From: an uncultured Ignavibacteria bacterium
GTDB taxonomy: Bacteria > Zixibacteria > MSB-5A5 > JAABVY01
Direction of reading: 5' to 3'
Length of the DNA stretch: 64,000 nt
NCBI GenBank assembly: GCA_964496505.1
Contig: CAZBZV010000008.1
Location: 14,328-78,327 of the forward strand
Below the pieces are notes generated by a model. The model was not told the DNA's origin. It worked only from the letters and a program-made list of their open reading frames with translations, and did no database searches. The position numbers were made by a program, and so were the translations under genes. Of this stretch, positions 16,309 through 26,455 are shown piece by piece. Positions within the stretch are counted from its first letter, which is position 1. Every line of letters starts with the position of its first letter.

Positions 16309-17474
16309 GGCAATGTCAGCTTTCCGAGTACTGTCTCTCTCGATGCTCCGGTAACAGACGGCAGGTTGGCCGGTTCTCCAAAAACCCATAGGGCTGCCAA
16401 GAGTGCAAACGAGACTGCTTCGACATAATCGGGATTGATGCCGGCCTGTTTGCTGCTTACTACCTCGCATCCGGGAATCAGATCGGCAAGGCGGGTCATG
16501 AAATATTTGTTGTATACTCCCCCGCCCGATACTATCAGCCTGTCAGGCAAAGTCGTACTTTCGATATAATCCACTACTGCAATCACAGTCGCTTCTGATA
16601 CCGTGGTCATAATATCCGCATTTGAAATCCCATATCGTTTGCCAATTTCTACTATTTTTCTTGCTTTGGCGCTGCCGAACTGCTCGCGGCCAAGGGATTT
16701 AGGGTAAGGTCTTTTGAACCATGCCTGACGTTTGAGTGCGGTTAATAGCTTTTTTGAAACAAATCCTGAGAGGGCGAATTTTCCACCATTATCGTACTCT
16801 TTTTTGAATAGCATCTTTGCCAACTGATCGACCAGCATATTCCCCGGTCCGCAGTCCGAGGCCCTGACTTTTTTCTTTCCGCCTTTTTTGGGGAGAAAGG
16901 TCAGATTTGTAATACCGCCGATATTCAAAACTGCAATATCTTTGCTGTCATGGCCAAACAGATGATAGTGGCAGACAGGGGTTAAAGGCGCTCCCGAACC
17001 GCCTAATGCTATATCTGCGGCACGGAAATCGGATATAACGGGTAGACCGGTTTTAACTGCAAGCCGTGAGCTTTCACCAATCTGCCAGCTTAAGCTGCCG
17101 GCCTTTTTGGATTTTAGAAGGCGCCTGTCGAAATGAAAGATGGTCTGCCCGTGGCATCCCAAAAGATCAATAGATTCCAATTTATGCTTTTTCCTGAAAT
17201 GATTTACTTTGGCTGCATAAAAATCGGCCAGATCATTTTCAACCTGTCTTATATATGCTTTGGCAAATTTATCTTCTGAAGCATGCTTTTGAAGATTTTT
17301 TTTAAGCTTCTGACCGAATCGATAATAGCCTGTTTTCAGGATTTCGACCTCATGCCGCTTTTTTCGACGGGATATACGGCAGTGTGCCAGGTCGAGTCCG
17401 TCCAGCGAGGTGCCCGACATCATTCCGATAATATTGAGGTTTTTCTTAGACAGAAGCTCTTTTAAAGGCGGCAT
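16305..17474 (-). CDS. anmK: anhydro-N-acetylmuramic acid kinase
   Basis: 389 aa. IIGMMSGTSLDGLDLA N-terminus, CHGQTIFH, and NIGGITN motifs are typical of AnmK. Confidence 0.9.
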   Translation of the reverse strand: MPPLKELLSKKNLNIIGMMSGTSLDGLDLAHCRISRRKKRHEVEILKTGYYRFGQKLKKNLQKHASEDKFAKAYIRQVENDLADFYAAKVNHFRKKHKLESIDLLGCHGQTIFHFDRRLLKSKKAGSLSWQIGESSRLAVKTGLPVISDFRAADIALGGSGAPLTPVCHYHLFGHDSKDIAVLNIGGITNLTFLPKKGGKKKVRASDCGPGNMLVDQLAKMLFKKEYDNGGKFALSGFVSKKLLTALKRQAWFKRPYPKSLGREQFGSAKARKIVEIGKRYGISNADIMTTVSEATVIAVVDYIESTTLPDRLIVSGGGVYNKYFMTRLADLIPGCEVVSSKQAGINPDYVEAVSFALLAALWVFGEPANLPSVTGASRETVLGKLTLP

Positions 17475-18441
17475 GATTTAAAAGCTTATCCTTAAGCGTT
17501 TTTATCCGCTTCAGTTTAACGGCGAATTCATCCCTGTCAATACGACCGTCATTATAGCTGTCCAATACGGATTTGAAAGCATTTTCCTGATCTTTTTTAT
17601 CATGGCAAATCATTGCCATATCGTGTCCCGCCAGAAGAGCATTAAGCGCACAGTCTTCGGGAGGTACGTTGCCCTTGACCGCCCCCATACTGAGATCATC
17701 GGTTATGATGACACCTTCAAAGCCGAGTCTGTCGCGCAGGAATGTCGATATAACCTTTTTCGAGAACGTAACCATATTATCCGGATCGAGGGACTTTGCC
17801 AGCAGATGGGTTGTCATCACAAAATCAATGCCTTGTGGTATCGCTAGTTCATACGGCTTCCAGTGGATATCCTCGAATTCCCGGTAATCTATTTCTGTCA
17901 TGGACAAATCTACATGAGGATCGATCTCGGCTGAACCCAAACCGGGGAAATGCTTGGCGGAGCATAGAATTCCGTTTTTATGGTACTCGTCGATAAGGGC
18001 GGAAATACATTCGGATACAAGCTCGGGACTGTCTCCAAAAGTCCTTTTCTGCATTAAGGTATTATTCGGATTCGTAAGTACATCACAAACCGGCACCAGA
18101 TTGGTATTGACGCCGATTGCACGCAGATGCTTCGCGGTCGTGCGGGCCATGACTCTGATGCCCTCGATATCATTTCGTTCACCGTAATACCTTGGCGAAG
18201 GAAAGAGCGGGAAATCCTGTTTGGCACGATTCACCGGTCCCCCCTCCTGATCGATGCTGACGATCAATCCGCTGCCTGAGGCCGCACGGAGTTGATTGAT
18301 TTCTTCTGAAATCCTATCAAGCGAATCCAGATTGCGCTCGAAGAGAATAACTCCGCCTAACCCATGCTCTTCGGCAAACCGCTTGAGAGATTCAAAATCC
18401 TCAGGCTTATACCCGAACATGAAGAACTCGCCGATTTTCAT
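17446..18441 (-). CDS. nagZ: beta-N-acetylhexosaminidase (GH3)
   Basis: GGVILFERN, IDQEGGPVNR and KHFPGLGSAEIDPH (catalytic region) motifs. I chose the start at MKIGEFFMFGY (18441), with GGGGTGATGAG immediately upstream. The longer tracked ORF overlaps the cyclase gene. Confidence 0.85.
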   Translation of the reverse strand: MKIGEFFMFGYKPEDFESLKRFAEEHGLGGVILFERNLDSLDRISEEINQLRAASGSGLIVSIDQEGGPVNRAKQDFPLFPSPRYYGERNDIEGIRVMARTTAKHLRAIGVNTNLVPVCDVLTNPNNTLMQKRTFGDSPELVSECISALIDEYHKNGILCSAKHFPGLGSAEIDPHVDLSMTEIDYREFEDIHWKPYELAIPQGIDFVMTTHLLAKSLDPDNMVTFSKKVISTFLRDRLGFEGVIITDDLSMGAVKGNVPPEDCALNALLAGHDMAMICHDKKDQENAFKSVLDSYNDGRIDRDEFAVKLKRIKTLKDKLLNHAAFKRASV

Positions 18442-18457
18442 CTCATCACCCCGCTCA

Positions 18458-20047
18458 TTATACGGTGCACACCATATTTTTGCCTGCTCCTTTAGCCCGA
18501 TAGAGCGCCATATCGACAGTCTGTACAAGCTCCATTGTGGACAGGCCGTTATCCGGGAATGATGTCGTGCCGATGGATACTGTTATCCTGAGTCCCGGGA
18601 TATCGGTTGCAATACTGAAATCATGTTTCTCGACTTCCGCTCGGATTCTTTCCGCCAGTACGCTGGCCTCGGAGGAGCCGGTCTGGGGAAGAATGATAAT
18701 GAACTCCTCACCCCCGTAGCGGCAGAATGTGTCGGTATCGCGTATGCAGGATTTAACAACCTGCACTATTTCCTTCAACACGATATTTCCAATTTCATGA
18801 CCATAACTATCATTTGTTTTCTTGAACCAGTCCAGATCAAGCATAATAAGCGACAGAGGAAGATCATAACGTGCAGCCCGCCTCTTTTCCTCTTCCAACC
18901 GCTGGACAAAATAACGGTAGTTGTAGATTCCTGTTAAATCGTCGGTCATAGTCAAATCGGAAATCCGTTTATGCAGACGGGCGTTCTCGATAGCCATACC
19001 GGCCGAACCGGCCAGAATCGTGAAGAGCTTCTCGTCTCGTTCATTGAATGCCGCCAGCTTGGTCGATTCGGCATTGAGGACGCCGATAATTTTTCCACGG
19101 GCAATCATGGGTGCAGCCATCTCGCTCTTCGCGCCATCGAGTCCGGGAATGTAATTGTTCAGCGTGGTTAAATCCGCCACCCGTACAATGCGTCCGGTCT
19201 CGATTGCCCTTCCACTAACACCTTTAAGACTGATCTTCTTTGGATTCCTGAATATTTCCTTTTCTCCGCCCGTCATTTTCGCCGCCAATTCCAGATGCCG
19301 TTTGTCCTTATCCAGAAGTAAAATGCTGCACATTTGGTATCCAAGAATATTATCAGCAATATTATTGACCTCAACAAAAACTTCATCGAGATTATGAATT
19401 TCTCCCAGCGAACGCGAAGTTTCGTAAATAGTCTCGAGTTGAATTTGTGTCCTTTCCAGTTCGGTAGTACGCTCGTTAAGGGTATCCAGAAGATGTAGCA
19501 GCTTGCTTCCGGAATGTTTGAAGTGCTTTGAAAAGACGCCTATCGCCAGGGCATAAAACCATGCCACCGAAAGCCTTACCGGAAGATCGGGCAGAATCGA
19601 AGCACTCAGTTGGGGAGCTATTGCGATTACATAGCTAACCGTACTGACAGCAGCAAGAATTATCCCTCCCTGCAAACCGAGATAATATGCTGAGAAACTT
19701 ACCGGCAGATAATAAAAGATGAAGAATTCGCTTCTGATTCCGCCGGTGGCATAAATCAGAATCGAGATCAGTATTATATCGAGTACAAAGGATGCCCTGT
19801 ATAGAATCGAGACTCCGATTGAGCTTTTTCGGAAAAGGAGATCGAACAGAATTAAATGCAAGGTAAATATTGATAATATTATCCACGATACTGAGGAGAT
19901 ATATCCGTCAGGCTTGACCGCAAACGCGACCCATGCCAATAGCACCAGAACAGAAACTGTTCTGGTAAACATGAAGAAATACTCCTCACGCGGAAATAAT
20001 GACCTGAATGATCCTCTCTTCATCTTCCCTGTCAGACCGTTAAACAA
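18458..20047 (-). CDS. membrane-anchored GAF-GGDEF diguanylate cyclase
   Basis: About 5 N-terminal TM helices, a GAF-like middle region (ETSRSLGEIHNLDEV...), then DDLTGIYNYRYF...RYGGEEFIIILP with an RxxD-type I-site context. Confidence 0.85.
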   Translation of the reverse strand: MFNGLTGKMKRGSFRSLFPREEYFFMFTRTVSVLVLLAWVAFAVKPDGYISSVSWIILSIFTLHLILFDLLFRKSSIGVSILYRASFVLDIILISILIYATGGIRSEFFIFYYLPVSFSAYYLGLQGGIILAAVSTVSYVIAIAPQLSASILPDLPVRLSVAWFYALAIGVFSKHFKHSGSKLLHLLDTLNERTTELERTQIQLETIYETSRSLGEIHNLDEVFVEVNNIADNILGYQMCSILLLDKDKRHLELAAKMTGGEKEIFRNPKKISLKGVSGRAIETGRIVRVADLTTLNNYIPGLDGAKSEMAAPMIARGKIIGVLNAESTKLAAFNERDEKLFTILAGSAGMAIENARLHKRISDLTMTDDLTGIYNYRYFVQRLEEEKRRAARYDLPLSLIMLDLDWFKKTNDSYGHEIGNIVLKEIVQVVKSCIRDTDTFCRYGGEEFIIILPQTGSSEASVLAERIRAEVEKHDFSIATDIPGLRITVSIGTTSFPDNGLSTMELVQTVDMALYRAKGAGKNMVCTV

Positions 20048-20166
20048 ATGAAACCTATTTGTTTAGGTATCGGCATTCGGAGCCGATTTCTTGCATCTCA
20101 GAGGTGATCTTTTAAAAAAATGGGGATTAAATCAGGTCAAAAAATGTGATGATTTAACGCATAAAA

Positions 20167-21942
20167 TCAATGACTTGAGGGGGAAAATGCTGTATGGCCG
20201 CCATGTTTTCGTTCCCAATGAAGCCGAATTGCGGTTTTTACAACCAGCACAGCCACCGCAACCGAAAGCAGGAGAAGGACTACATCGGTAACGATCAAAA
20301 TCCAGTTACTCGCTGGGATATAATCGGTTAGCAAAAGATAAATAAGCGAGGCCAGGGTTGTTACAATCATAAATGAGGCCGGTATCATGGTGAACCAAAC
20401 CCTTTTACCGCGCACATAAAGCCAGACCGTGATCGCCATAAGGGTCAGCGATGCCATAAGCTGGTTGGCGCTGCCGAAAATCTTCCAGAGGCTGGCGAAA
20501 GCATTGGAATAGCCCATCAGAAACATCAGGACAACCGACAATCCCGAATTGAACCAGTATTTGCGCATCACCGAGGGCACATTCCCGGAAAAAAGGATAT
20601 TCCAGAGCTCTTCGAAAAGATAGCGGTTTAGACGGACTGCGGAATCGAGGGTGGTAACAATAAATCCTTCGATCATGAGGATGCCGAAAACGGAGCCCAG
20701 GGCGACTGTGATAAACGGGAATGCGTTGTGTACTATATTGCCGACTCCAAGCGCGAATCCGAGAATCGGATTGCCTCCGCCCCCGTCGGGCCAGACTATT
20801 TTCAGGTAGTCCTGATGTCCCAGCCCGGAGGCAAGAGTTAAGAGAACCAGAGTGGCCAGAATGCCCTCGAGTATCATGGCATTATAGCCGATCCGCCGCA
20901 CATCCTTTTCGCTGTTGACCTGTTTGGAGGTAGTCCCACCTCCCGCCAGAGCGTGGAAGCCCGAGATAGCTCCGCAGGCGATGACTATAAACATCATTGG
21001 CCATATCATGCCCAGATTTGCGGTTCCGGCGGCAAAATCGAAACTGGGGGCATTAATCGAAAGACCGCCCAGCCCTCCGATAATCAGCGAGGCGGATACA
21101 ATAAATATCCCGCCATACAGTATTTGCACATTGGTGAAATCGCGCGGCTGAAGAATTATCCAGACAGGAATGCCTGCTGCGATGAATGTATATATGCTGA
21201 TTACCGCCATCCAGATCTTTGGATCAAGCGCTACCGGATGCCGGAAACCGATATATATCGATATGATACAGAGCACGAATGCTATAATATAGGCATAAAG
21301 CGAACGCAGTTTGCGTCGGTAGATCAAAAATCCCAGAATTGGCGCAAAGGCGGTGATTATTATAACCGAGGTTGAAGCGATTCCGCCTATAATCCCCTTA
21401 ACCACGCCGTCCTCGGTAACCGTTTTCAAAAGCGTCTGATTCTGAGGAAGAGTCAGATCCTCAAGAGGCCATTTGGAGGTGAGAGATTTGGCTGCGGCCC
21501 CCAAAAATGCCGAGGTTACCAAAATTATCATTACCAGCGTGAAGATTATAAACAGGATAAATCCCTGTTTTCCGAGCGCATTTCCGGCAATCTGCGCCAT
21601 GGACTTGCCTCGCTCGCGCACCGAGGCAAAAATGGCGGTATAATCGTGCACTGCCCCGAAGAAGACGGCACCCACGATCAGCCACGCCAACACCGGCATC
21701 ACGCCGTATGTAAAACCCATAACCGGCCCTATTATCGGCCCGACACCGGCAATGGTGGCAAAATGATGAGCAAACAGAACATGCGCCTTGGTAGGCACAT
21801 AATCGCGGCCATCATTCATCGAAACCGCCGGTGTAGGTATGTTATTATCTGAGCCGATTTGTCGGGAGATGAAGCGGGAGTAAAACCTTATGCCCAGCCA
21901 GAATAATGCCAGTGCAAGGAGTAATAATATTAAAACATTCAT
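20167..21942 (-). CDS. cstA: carbon starvation protein A (peptide/pyruvate transporter family)
   Basis: 591-aa polytopic protein. FAHHFATIAGVGPIIGPV and AVHDYTAIFASVRERGKSM are CstA signatures. Confidence 0.9.
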   Translation of the reverse strand: MNVLILLLLALALFWLGIRFYSRFISRQIGSDNNIPTPAVSMNDGRDYVPTKAHVLFAHHFATIAGVGPIIGPVMGFTYGVMPVLAWLIVGAVFFGAVHDYTAIFASVRERGKSMAQIAGNALGKQGFILFIIFTLVMIILVTSAFLGAAAKSLTSKWPLEDLTLPQNQTLLKTVTEDGVVKGIIGGIASTSVIIITAFAPILGFLIYRRKLRSLYAYIIAFVLCIISIYIGFRHPVALDPKIWMAVISIYTFIAAGIPVWIILQPRDFTNVQILYGGIFIVSASLIIGGLGGLSINAPSFDFAAGTANLGMIWPMMFIVIACGAISGFHALAGGGTTSKQVNSEKDVRRIGYNAMILEGILATLVLLTLASGLGHQDYLKIVWPDGGGGNPILGFALGVGNIVHNAFPFITVALGSVFGILMIEGFIVTTLDSAVRLNRYLFEELWNILFSGNVPSVMRKYWFNSGLSVVLMFLMGYSNAFASLWKIFGSANQLMASLTLMAITVWLYVRGKRVWFTMIPASFMIVTTLASLIYLLLTDYIPASNWILIVTDVVLLLLSVAVAVLVVKTAIRLHWERKHGGHTAFSPSSH

Positions 21943-22051
21943 TTTTTGTTGCTAAGTCTCAGGCAATTAATATATTTTAAGTTCTTGACAGAATAAATCA
22001 AGCAAAAAATGTTGGGTATTATTTAGCCTGCATGCAAACAGGCGAGCCTAT

Positions 22052-23275
22052 ATGATTAAAAGTTATTTATCCTCATTCAAGATCAAATTTCTCCCTCTCT
22101 TAATTGGTACGATTCTCGGTATCGTCTTTTGTGCGTCTCCGGGATATGCTTTAATAGCGACATCCTCGGATGGCGTCGATACTCTGCCGGACAAGATTTT
22201 CGATGATCTAATCATTCGCGACAATCAGGCTGAGGATTTGGAGCTCAATGAAATTGCCGGAGATTTGATTATATCTGCGGAAAAAATCAATGTTACTGTC
22301 AATCAGGTTGGTGGTAATGTCAATGCTGTGGGCGCGGATATTTTTATTGGCGGCAGAATCCGTCAGTCCGCCAGGATGCTCGGACATACAATAACGACCG
22401 ATGCCAATATAGGACGGAATCTAACGGTTGCCGCTCTTCCACGCAGAAATGTATTTGGATTTGGCTCAAATGTTATCGTCCAGAGGGATTGCAGTGTTGC
22501 CCGGGATGTCGATATTGACGCGGCCGCTGTTCATTTGAGGGGCACTATCGGAGGCGATCTCAGAATCAATGCCGAGACCGTAATCATTGGCGGGGTGATT
22601 GAAGGTGATGCCAGAATTGTCGCCAATAAACAGCTCCGTTTGGAGCCGAGCTGCCGTATCGAGGGCATCCTGACCTACAGTTCGCCGAATGAGGCGGAAA
22701 TCGAGGAGGGCGCCCAGGTCTTAAGCGGCGTCATTGACTATGAGGAGATATCCTATCGCGGGCTTTTCGATATACCGCTTTCATGGAGAATCGTTTTTGG
22801 TTTTGCCGCGTTGCTGGTCGGAATCATATTCGTGCTTCTATTCCGCCGGCAGATACGTGAACTGATCAAAATACTAAACACTCGTTTCGGCCAGTCGCTG
22901 GGAATCGGCCTGGCAGGGGCAGCGGCAATGATCATTTATACGGCCGTGTTCCTGATAACATTCATGTTTGCGCTTTTCTATAAGCCGGTCTTTTCACTGG
23001 TACCGGTTCTGGCAGTTGTATTTATTATCTTCTTCCTGATGTTTTATCTGGCGAATATTCTTGTGGCAATATTTCTGGGAAGATTCATAATCGTGCGCAT
23101 AACCGGCAATGAGGAATGCTCGCCGGGAAGATCGCTGATCCTGGGCCTGATAATTCTCACACCCCTTTACGGTATACCCACTGTCGGCATTTATCTGTAT
23201 GCAATCTCGGCCATGCTGGGTTTCGGGGCTTTCATGATCGGTATTTATCGGCAGATGAAGGTCTCGGCTCAGTAG
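22052..23275 (+). CDS. membrane protein with an extracytoplasmic bactofilin-like (polymer-forming, beta-helical) repeat region and about 5 C-terminal TM helices
   Basis: Signal/anchor, then repeated G(G)D/N-[LIV]-x-[LIV]-x-A/G segments (GDLIISAEKINV, GGNVNAVGADIFIGG, GGDLRINAETVIIGGVIEGDARIV), then a hydrophobic C-terminal third. Confidence 0.45.
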   Translation: MIKSYLSSFKIKFLPLLIGTILGIVFCASPGYALIATSSDGVDTLPDKIFDDLIIRDNQAEDLELNEIAGDLIISAEKINVTVNQVGGNVNAVGADIFIGGRIRQSARMLGHTITTDANIGRNLTVAALPRRNVFGFGSNVIVQRDCSVARDVDIDAAAVHLRGTIGGDLRINAETVIIGGVIEGDARIVANKQLRLEPSCRIEGILTYSSPNEAEIEEGAQVLSGVIDYEEISYRGLFDIPLSWRIVFGFAALLVGIIFVLLFRRQIRELIKILNTRFGQSLGIGLAGAAAMIIYTAVFLITFMFALFYKPVFSLVPVLAVVFIIFFLMFYLANILVAIFLGRFIIVRITGNEECSPGRSLILGLIILTPLYGIPTVGIYLYAISAMLGFGAFMIGIYRQMKVSAQ

Positions 23276-23379
23276 TAAATAAAAGTCTTTCGTACATCAA
23301 ATAATCCCAAAGCATTCTGGATTTTTCAGTTGAAAAGGATTATACTGCAATTCAGATCTAAGAAAAATACTTATATAAT

Positions 23380-25083
23380 ATGAAAGACAGACTCGACACC
23401 GTACAGCTAATCATCTGGATACTGGTGGGCCTGGCCGCCTTCTACGGGCTCTATCAGGCGATTTCGCTGGCCTGGGTAGGCGATGACGCCTTCATCTCGT
23501 ATCGCTATGCAGAACATCTAATCGAGGGACACGGCCTTGTATACAATCCGGGTGAGCAGGTGGAGGGATACACTAATTTTCTGTGGACAATCCTGGTTGC
23601 GCTGGGGATGCTGGCGGGTATTGATCCGATTACCTTTTCTCATATCTTCAGTATCACAGCATATATGCTAACCGCCGCTATACTCGTTTACCTGTCCTTT
23701 AAACTTTCGAAGAGAGAAGAAAATGGCGGCAGATCGCTGGTGTTTCCGGCGGCGGCAATGGCAATTCTGGTTCAGCATGATTACCATATCTATGCCACCT
23801 CGGGGCTGGAGACATCCCTGGCTTCCATGCTGGTCACACTCGGCTTTGCCATTCTGGTATTGAAAAATACAAGAAGATGGTTTTTGCTGGCGGGGTATGT
23901 GCTTATCATGGGCGCCATGACCCGTCCGGATGCCATGATCTTCTTCGTAATGGGAATACCATATATTCTTCTGCTTGGACGTGAAAAAAGAAAGCTGCTT
24001 CTCCCCTATGTACTGCCGTTGATAATTATCTATCTGTCCTACTGGCTCTGGCGATATTCCTATTACGGCTATCTCTTTCCGAATACATATTATGCAAAGT
24101 CGGCGTATCTACCCTATTTCTCGCAGGGACTGACATACCTTTTGCTGTATGTCCGGACATACTATGTCCTGATCCTGCTGCCGATCGCTATGATTCTGAC
24201 AATACCCGAAATCCTGAAAAGATATATAGCTCAGAGAAAACTGGAGACGACTTTGAATCGGGTATGGGTTCTGGGAATTCTGTTTATTATTCTTTATGTT
24301 TTCTATGTTGTCAGAAGCGGCGGGGATTTTATGTTCGCGCGCTTTTTCATACCGATCACGCCTGTATGTTTCCTGCTTCTGGAATCGGGAATATTGTATT
24401 TGAGCCGTAAACCGCAGTTGCGTGTAGCAGTGGGAGCTGCGCTGATTCTTGCGGTCTTTTTCAGATGGAATCAATTCGATCAGCCGCAGGAGATGATCGA
24501 CGGCATAGTTGATGAGAGATCATATTATCCCTCAGAATATGTGGAGCAGGCCAAGCGAGACGGCCGCAATATGCAGAAATATCTTGACGGGCTGGATGTT
24601 ACGATCGGATTTTACGGTTCGAAAGCAATGACCGCTTACTATTCGAAATTGCCTGACGCTGTGGAGCTTCATACCGGGCTGACTGATGAATATATTGCTC
24701 ATCTCCCGCTCAAAGAGCGCGGGCGTCCGGGACATGAGAAGATGGCGCCACTTGATTATATGTTCAGGCGTGGAATAAATTTCATAATAAAGCCTACGAC
24801 GCTTCCCGTTAAAGACAGCACAAAAGTATTATTTCTGGATTCCACTGTTGTGCATATCTTTATTTATGAAAATGAGATTATGAATGAGTTAAAAAAGAAG
24901 CCGGGAATCGTATTTCTGGACCTGCCTCGGTTTCTGGATGAATATATCAAAAATTTCGAATATACCCCTCCTGATCAGATAATACGAGACTTCAATTTCC
25001 TGAAGAACTACTACTTCGATCACAACAATGATCCCGGAAGACTGCAGCCATTCCTGAATAAGCTGAGGGAGATCCAGCGCTGA
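23380..25083 (+). CDS. polytopic GT-C-type (polyprenyl-phosphate-sugar dependent) glycosyltransferase-like membrane protein
   Basis: 567 aa. VGDDAFISYRYAEHLIEGHGLVYNPGEQVEGYTNFLW sits in the first extracytoplasmic loop (Asp-containing GT-C-type motif), followed by about 10 TM helices and a soluble C-terminal domain. Confidence 0.5.
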   Translation: MKDRLDTVQLIIWILVGLAAFYGLYQAISLAWVGDDAFISYRYAEHLIEGHGLVYNPGEQVEGYTNFLWTILVALGMLAGIDPITFSHIFSITAYMLTAAILVYLSFKLSKREENGGRSLVFPAAAMAILVQHDYHIYATSGLETSLASMLVTLGFAILVLKNTRRWFLLAGYVLIMGAMTRPDAMIFFVMGIPYILLLGREKRKLLLPYVLPLIIIYLSYWLWRYSYYGYLFPNTYYAKSAYLPYFSQGLTYLLLYVRTYYVLILLPIAMILTIPEILKRYIAQRKLETTLNRVWVLGILFIILYVFYVVRSGGDFMFARFFIPITPVCFLLLESGILYLSRKPQLRVAVGAALILAVFFRWNQFDQPQEMIDGIVDERSYYPSEYVEQAKRDGRNMQKYLDGLDVTIGFYGSKAMTAYYSKLPDAVELHTGLTDEYIAHLPLKERGRPGHEKMAPLDYMFRRGINFIIKPTTLPVKDSTKVLFLDSTVVHIFIYENEIMNELKKKPGIVFLDLPRFLDEYIKNFEYTPPDQIIRDFNFLKNYYFDHNNDPGRLQPFLNKLREIQR

Positions 25084-25091
25084 GATTAACT

Positions 25092-26270
25092 CTAGACGGT
25101 CTTTCGGAAAAATTCCGGATCGGTATCGCCCTCTGTGTTTAGCAGTAAGACAGTCGATGTTTCTTTTAAGGCTAAGAACTCTCTGGCATCTTTGTAATCA
25201 GTCTTTTCGCATAGCGCCTTCAGAGCTGCAAGCGAGGATGCTCCCGATTCGCCTGATATTATTTGCGGATCATCCCCCTGCGGATAATAATAAGAGCGCA
25301 TAGCATCGACCGCATCCGAATCCGAAACTGTCATAAACAGATCAATGCCCTGCTTTATAAATGGCCAGGCTGCCAGTGAAGGTGTACCGCAATTAAGTCC
25401 GGCCATGATTGAATCGAGATTTCCGCGGCTTTTCAGAGGCTCGCCTTTTTCAGTGTCAATGGATTCCAGAAGGCAGGCCGCTTCTCGTGGTTCGATCGAG
25501 ACTATTTTCATATCTCCGGCTTTGCGGGTAGTGTTATAATACCATGATGCGGCTGCAGCTAATGCACCGACTCCTCCCTGAATTATGAAGCAGTCGATTT
25601 TTTCAGAATCACTCAGGCTTTGATCGATTTCCTGAAAGATGGTAACATATCCCGCCATGATCCAGGCCGGTATGGTTTCATAGCCGGGCCAGGATGTATC
25701 GGAAATGATCTGCCATCCGTTTCTTTCCGCCTCCTCCTGACAGATTCCAACAGCATCATCATAATCACCCGCGACTACATGCACCTCGGCTCCAAGCTTT
25801 CGAATATTCTCGATTCTGGCCGGTACAGTATTTTTGGGCATATAGATAACGGCCTTCTGTTCCAGCTTCGAGGCTGTCCAGGCCACACCGCGGCCATGAT
25901 TGCCGTCAGTGGCAGTGCAAAAGGTATACTTCTCCGGCGGGATAATGTCGTTTTCCGAATAGAAAGAATCAGGAGCGGGAGGGTCAAGATTCGATTTTTT
26001 AAATTCATCGCAGATAAATCTGTAAATGGCGTAGGACGCGCCAAGGGCTTTGAAGGCCTTCAGGCCGAATCTGTGTGCCTCGTCTTTTACGAGTATTTGC
26101 CTTAGTCCCAGGCTTCCTGCCAGATTCGAAAGACGTAAAAGAGGTGTTGGGCTGTATTCCCCCAATGACCTGTGTACTTTAATTATATCGGAGCTTTCAA
26201 ATTCGCCCGTAAGCGATCTATCCCATGCCGGTTCTGGCCTGCGGAATTTGTTATTAATGAAATCTTTCAT
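25092..26270 (-). CDS. dpaL: diaminopropionate ammonia-lyase (PLP fold type II)
   Basis: 392 aa. HRSLGEYSPTPLLRL..LGLRQILVKDEAHRFGLKAFKALGASYA and ATDGNHGRGVAW match the DpaL/YgeX pattern. Confidence 0.8.
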   Translation of the reverse strand: MKDFINNKFRRPEPAWDRSLTGEFESSDIIKVHRSLGEYSPTPLLRLSNLAGSLGLRQILVKDEAHRFGLKAFKALGASYAIYRFICDEFKKSNLDPPAPDSFYSENDIIPPEKYTFCTATDGNHGRGVAWTASKLEQKAVIYMPKNTVPARIENIRKLGAEVHVVAGDYDDAVGICQEEAERNGWQIISDTSWPGYETIPAWIMAGYVTIFQEIDQSLSDSEKIDCFIIQGGVGALAAAASWYYNTTRKAGDMKIVSIEPREAACLLESIDTEKGEPLKSRGNLDSIMAGLNCGTPSLAAWPFIKQGIDLFMTVSDSDAVDAMRSYYYPQGDDPQIISGESGASSLAALKALCEKTDYKDAREFLALKETSTVLLLNTEGDTDPEFFRKTV

Positions 26271-26455
26271 AGTTCATAGATTATCAGGAATATTCCGCGC
26301 AGTCAATGCTTTTTGCAAAAAGGCAAATATTATTTTGACATTAAGATATGAAAATATTATTTACTGTTTATGTTTCGGGCCGTAATGGACACTTGAAATA
26401 CAATTTTCCCAGTATTTAGCCTTATGTGGTTGGAAGTACAGACAGGACAGATTTA

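Noticed and set aside
16309-16470. 54-codon N-terminal extension of the SpoIID ORF, and the similar 29-codon extension of nagZ (18442-18528)
   Set aside because: Both extensions lie inside the upstream genes (anmK, GGDEF cyclase). Internal starts give a lipoprotein signal peptide and an RBS respectively.
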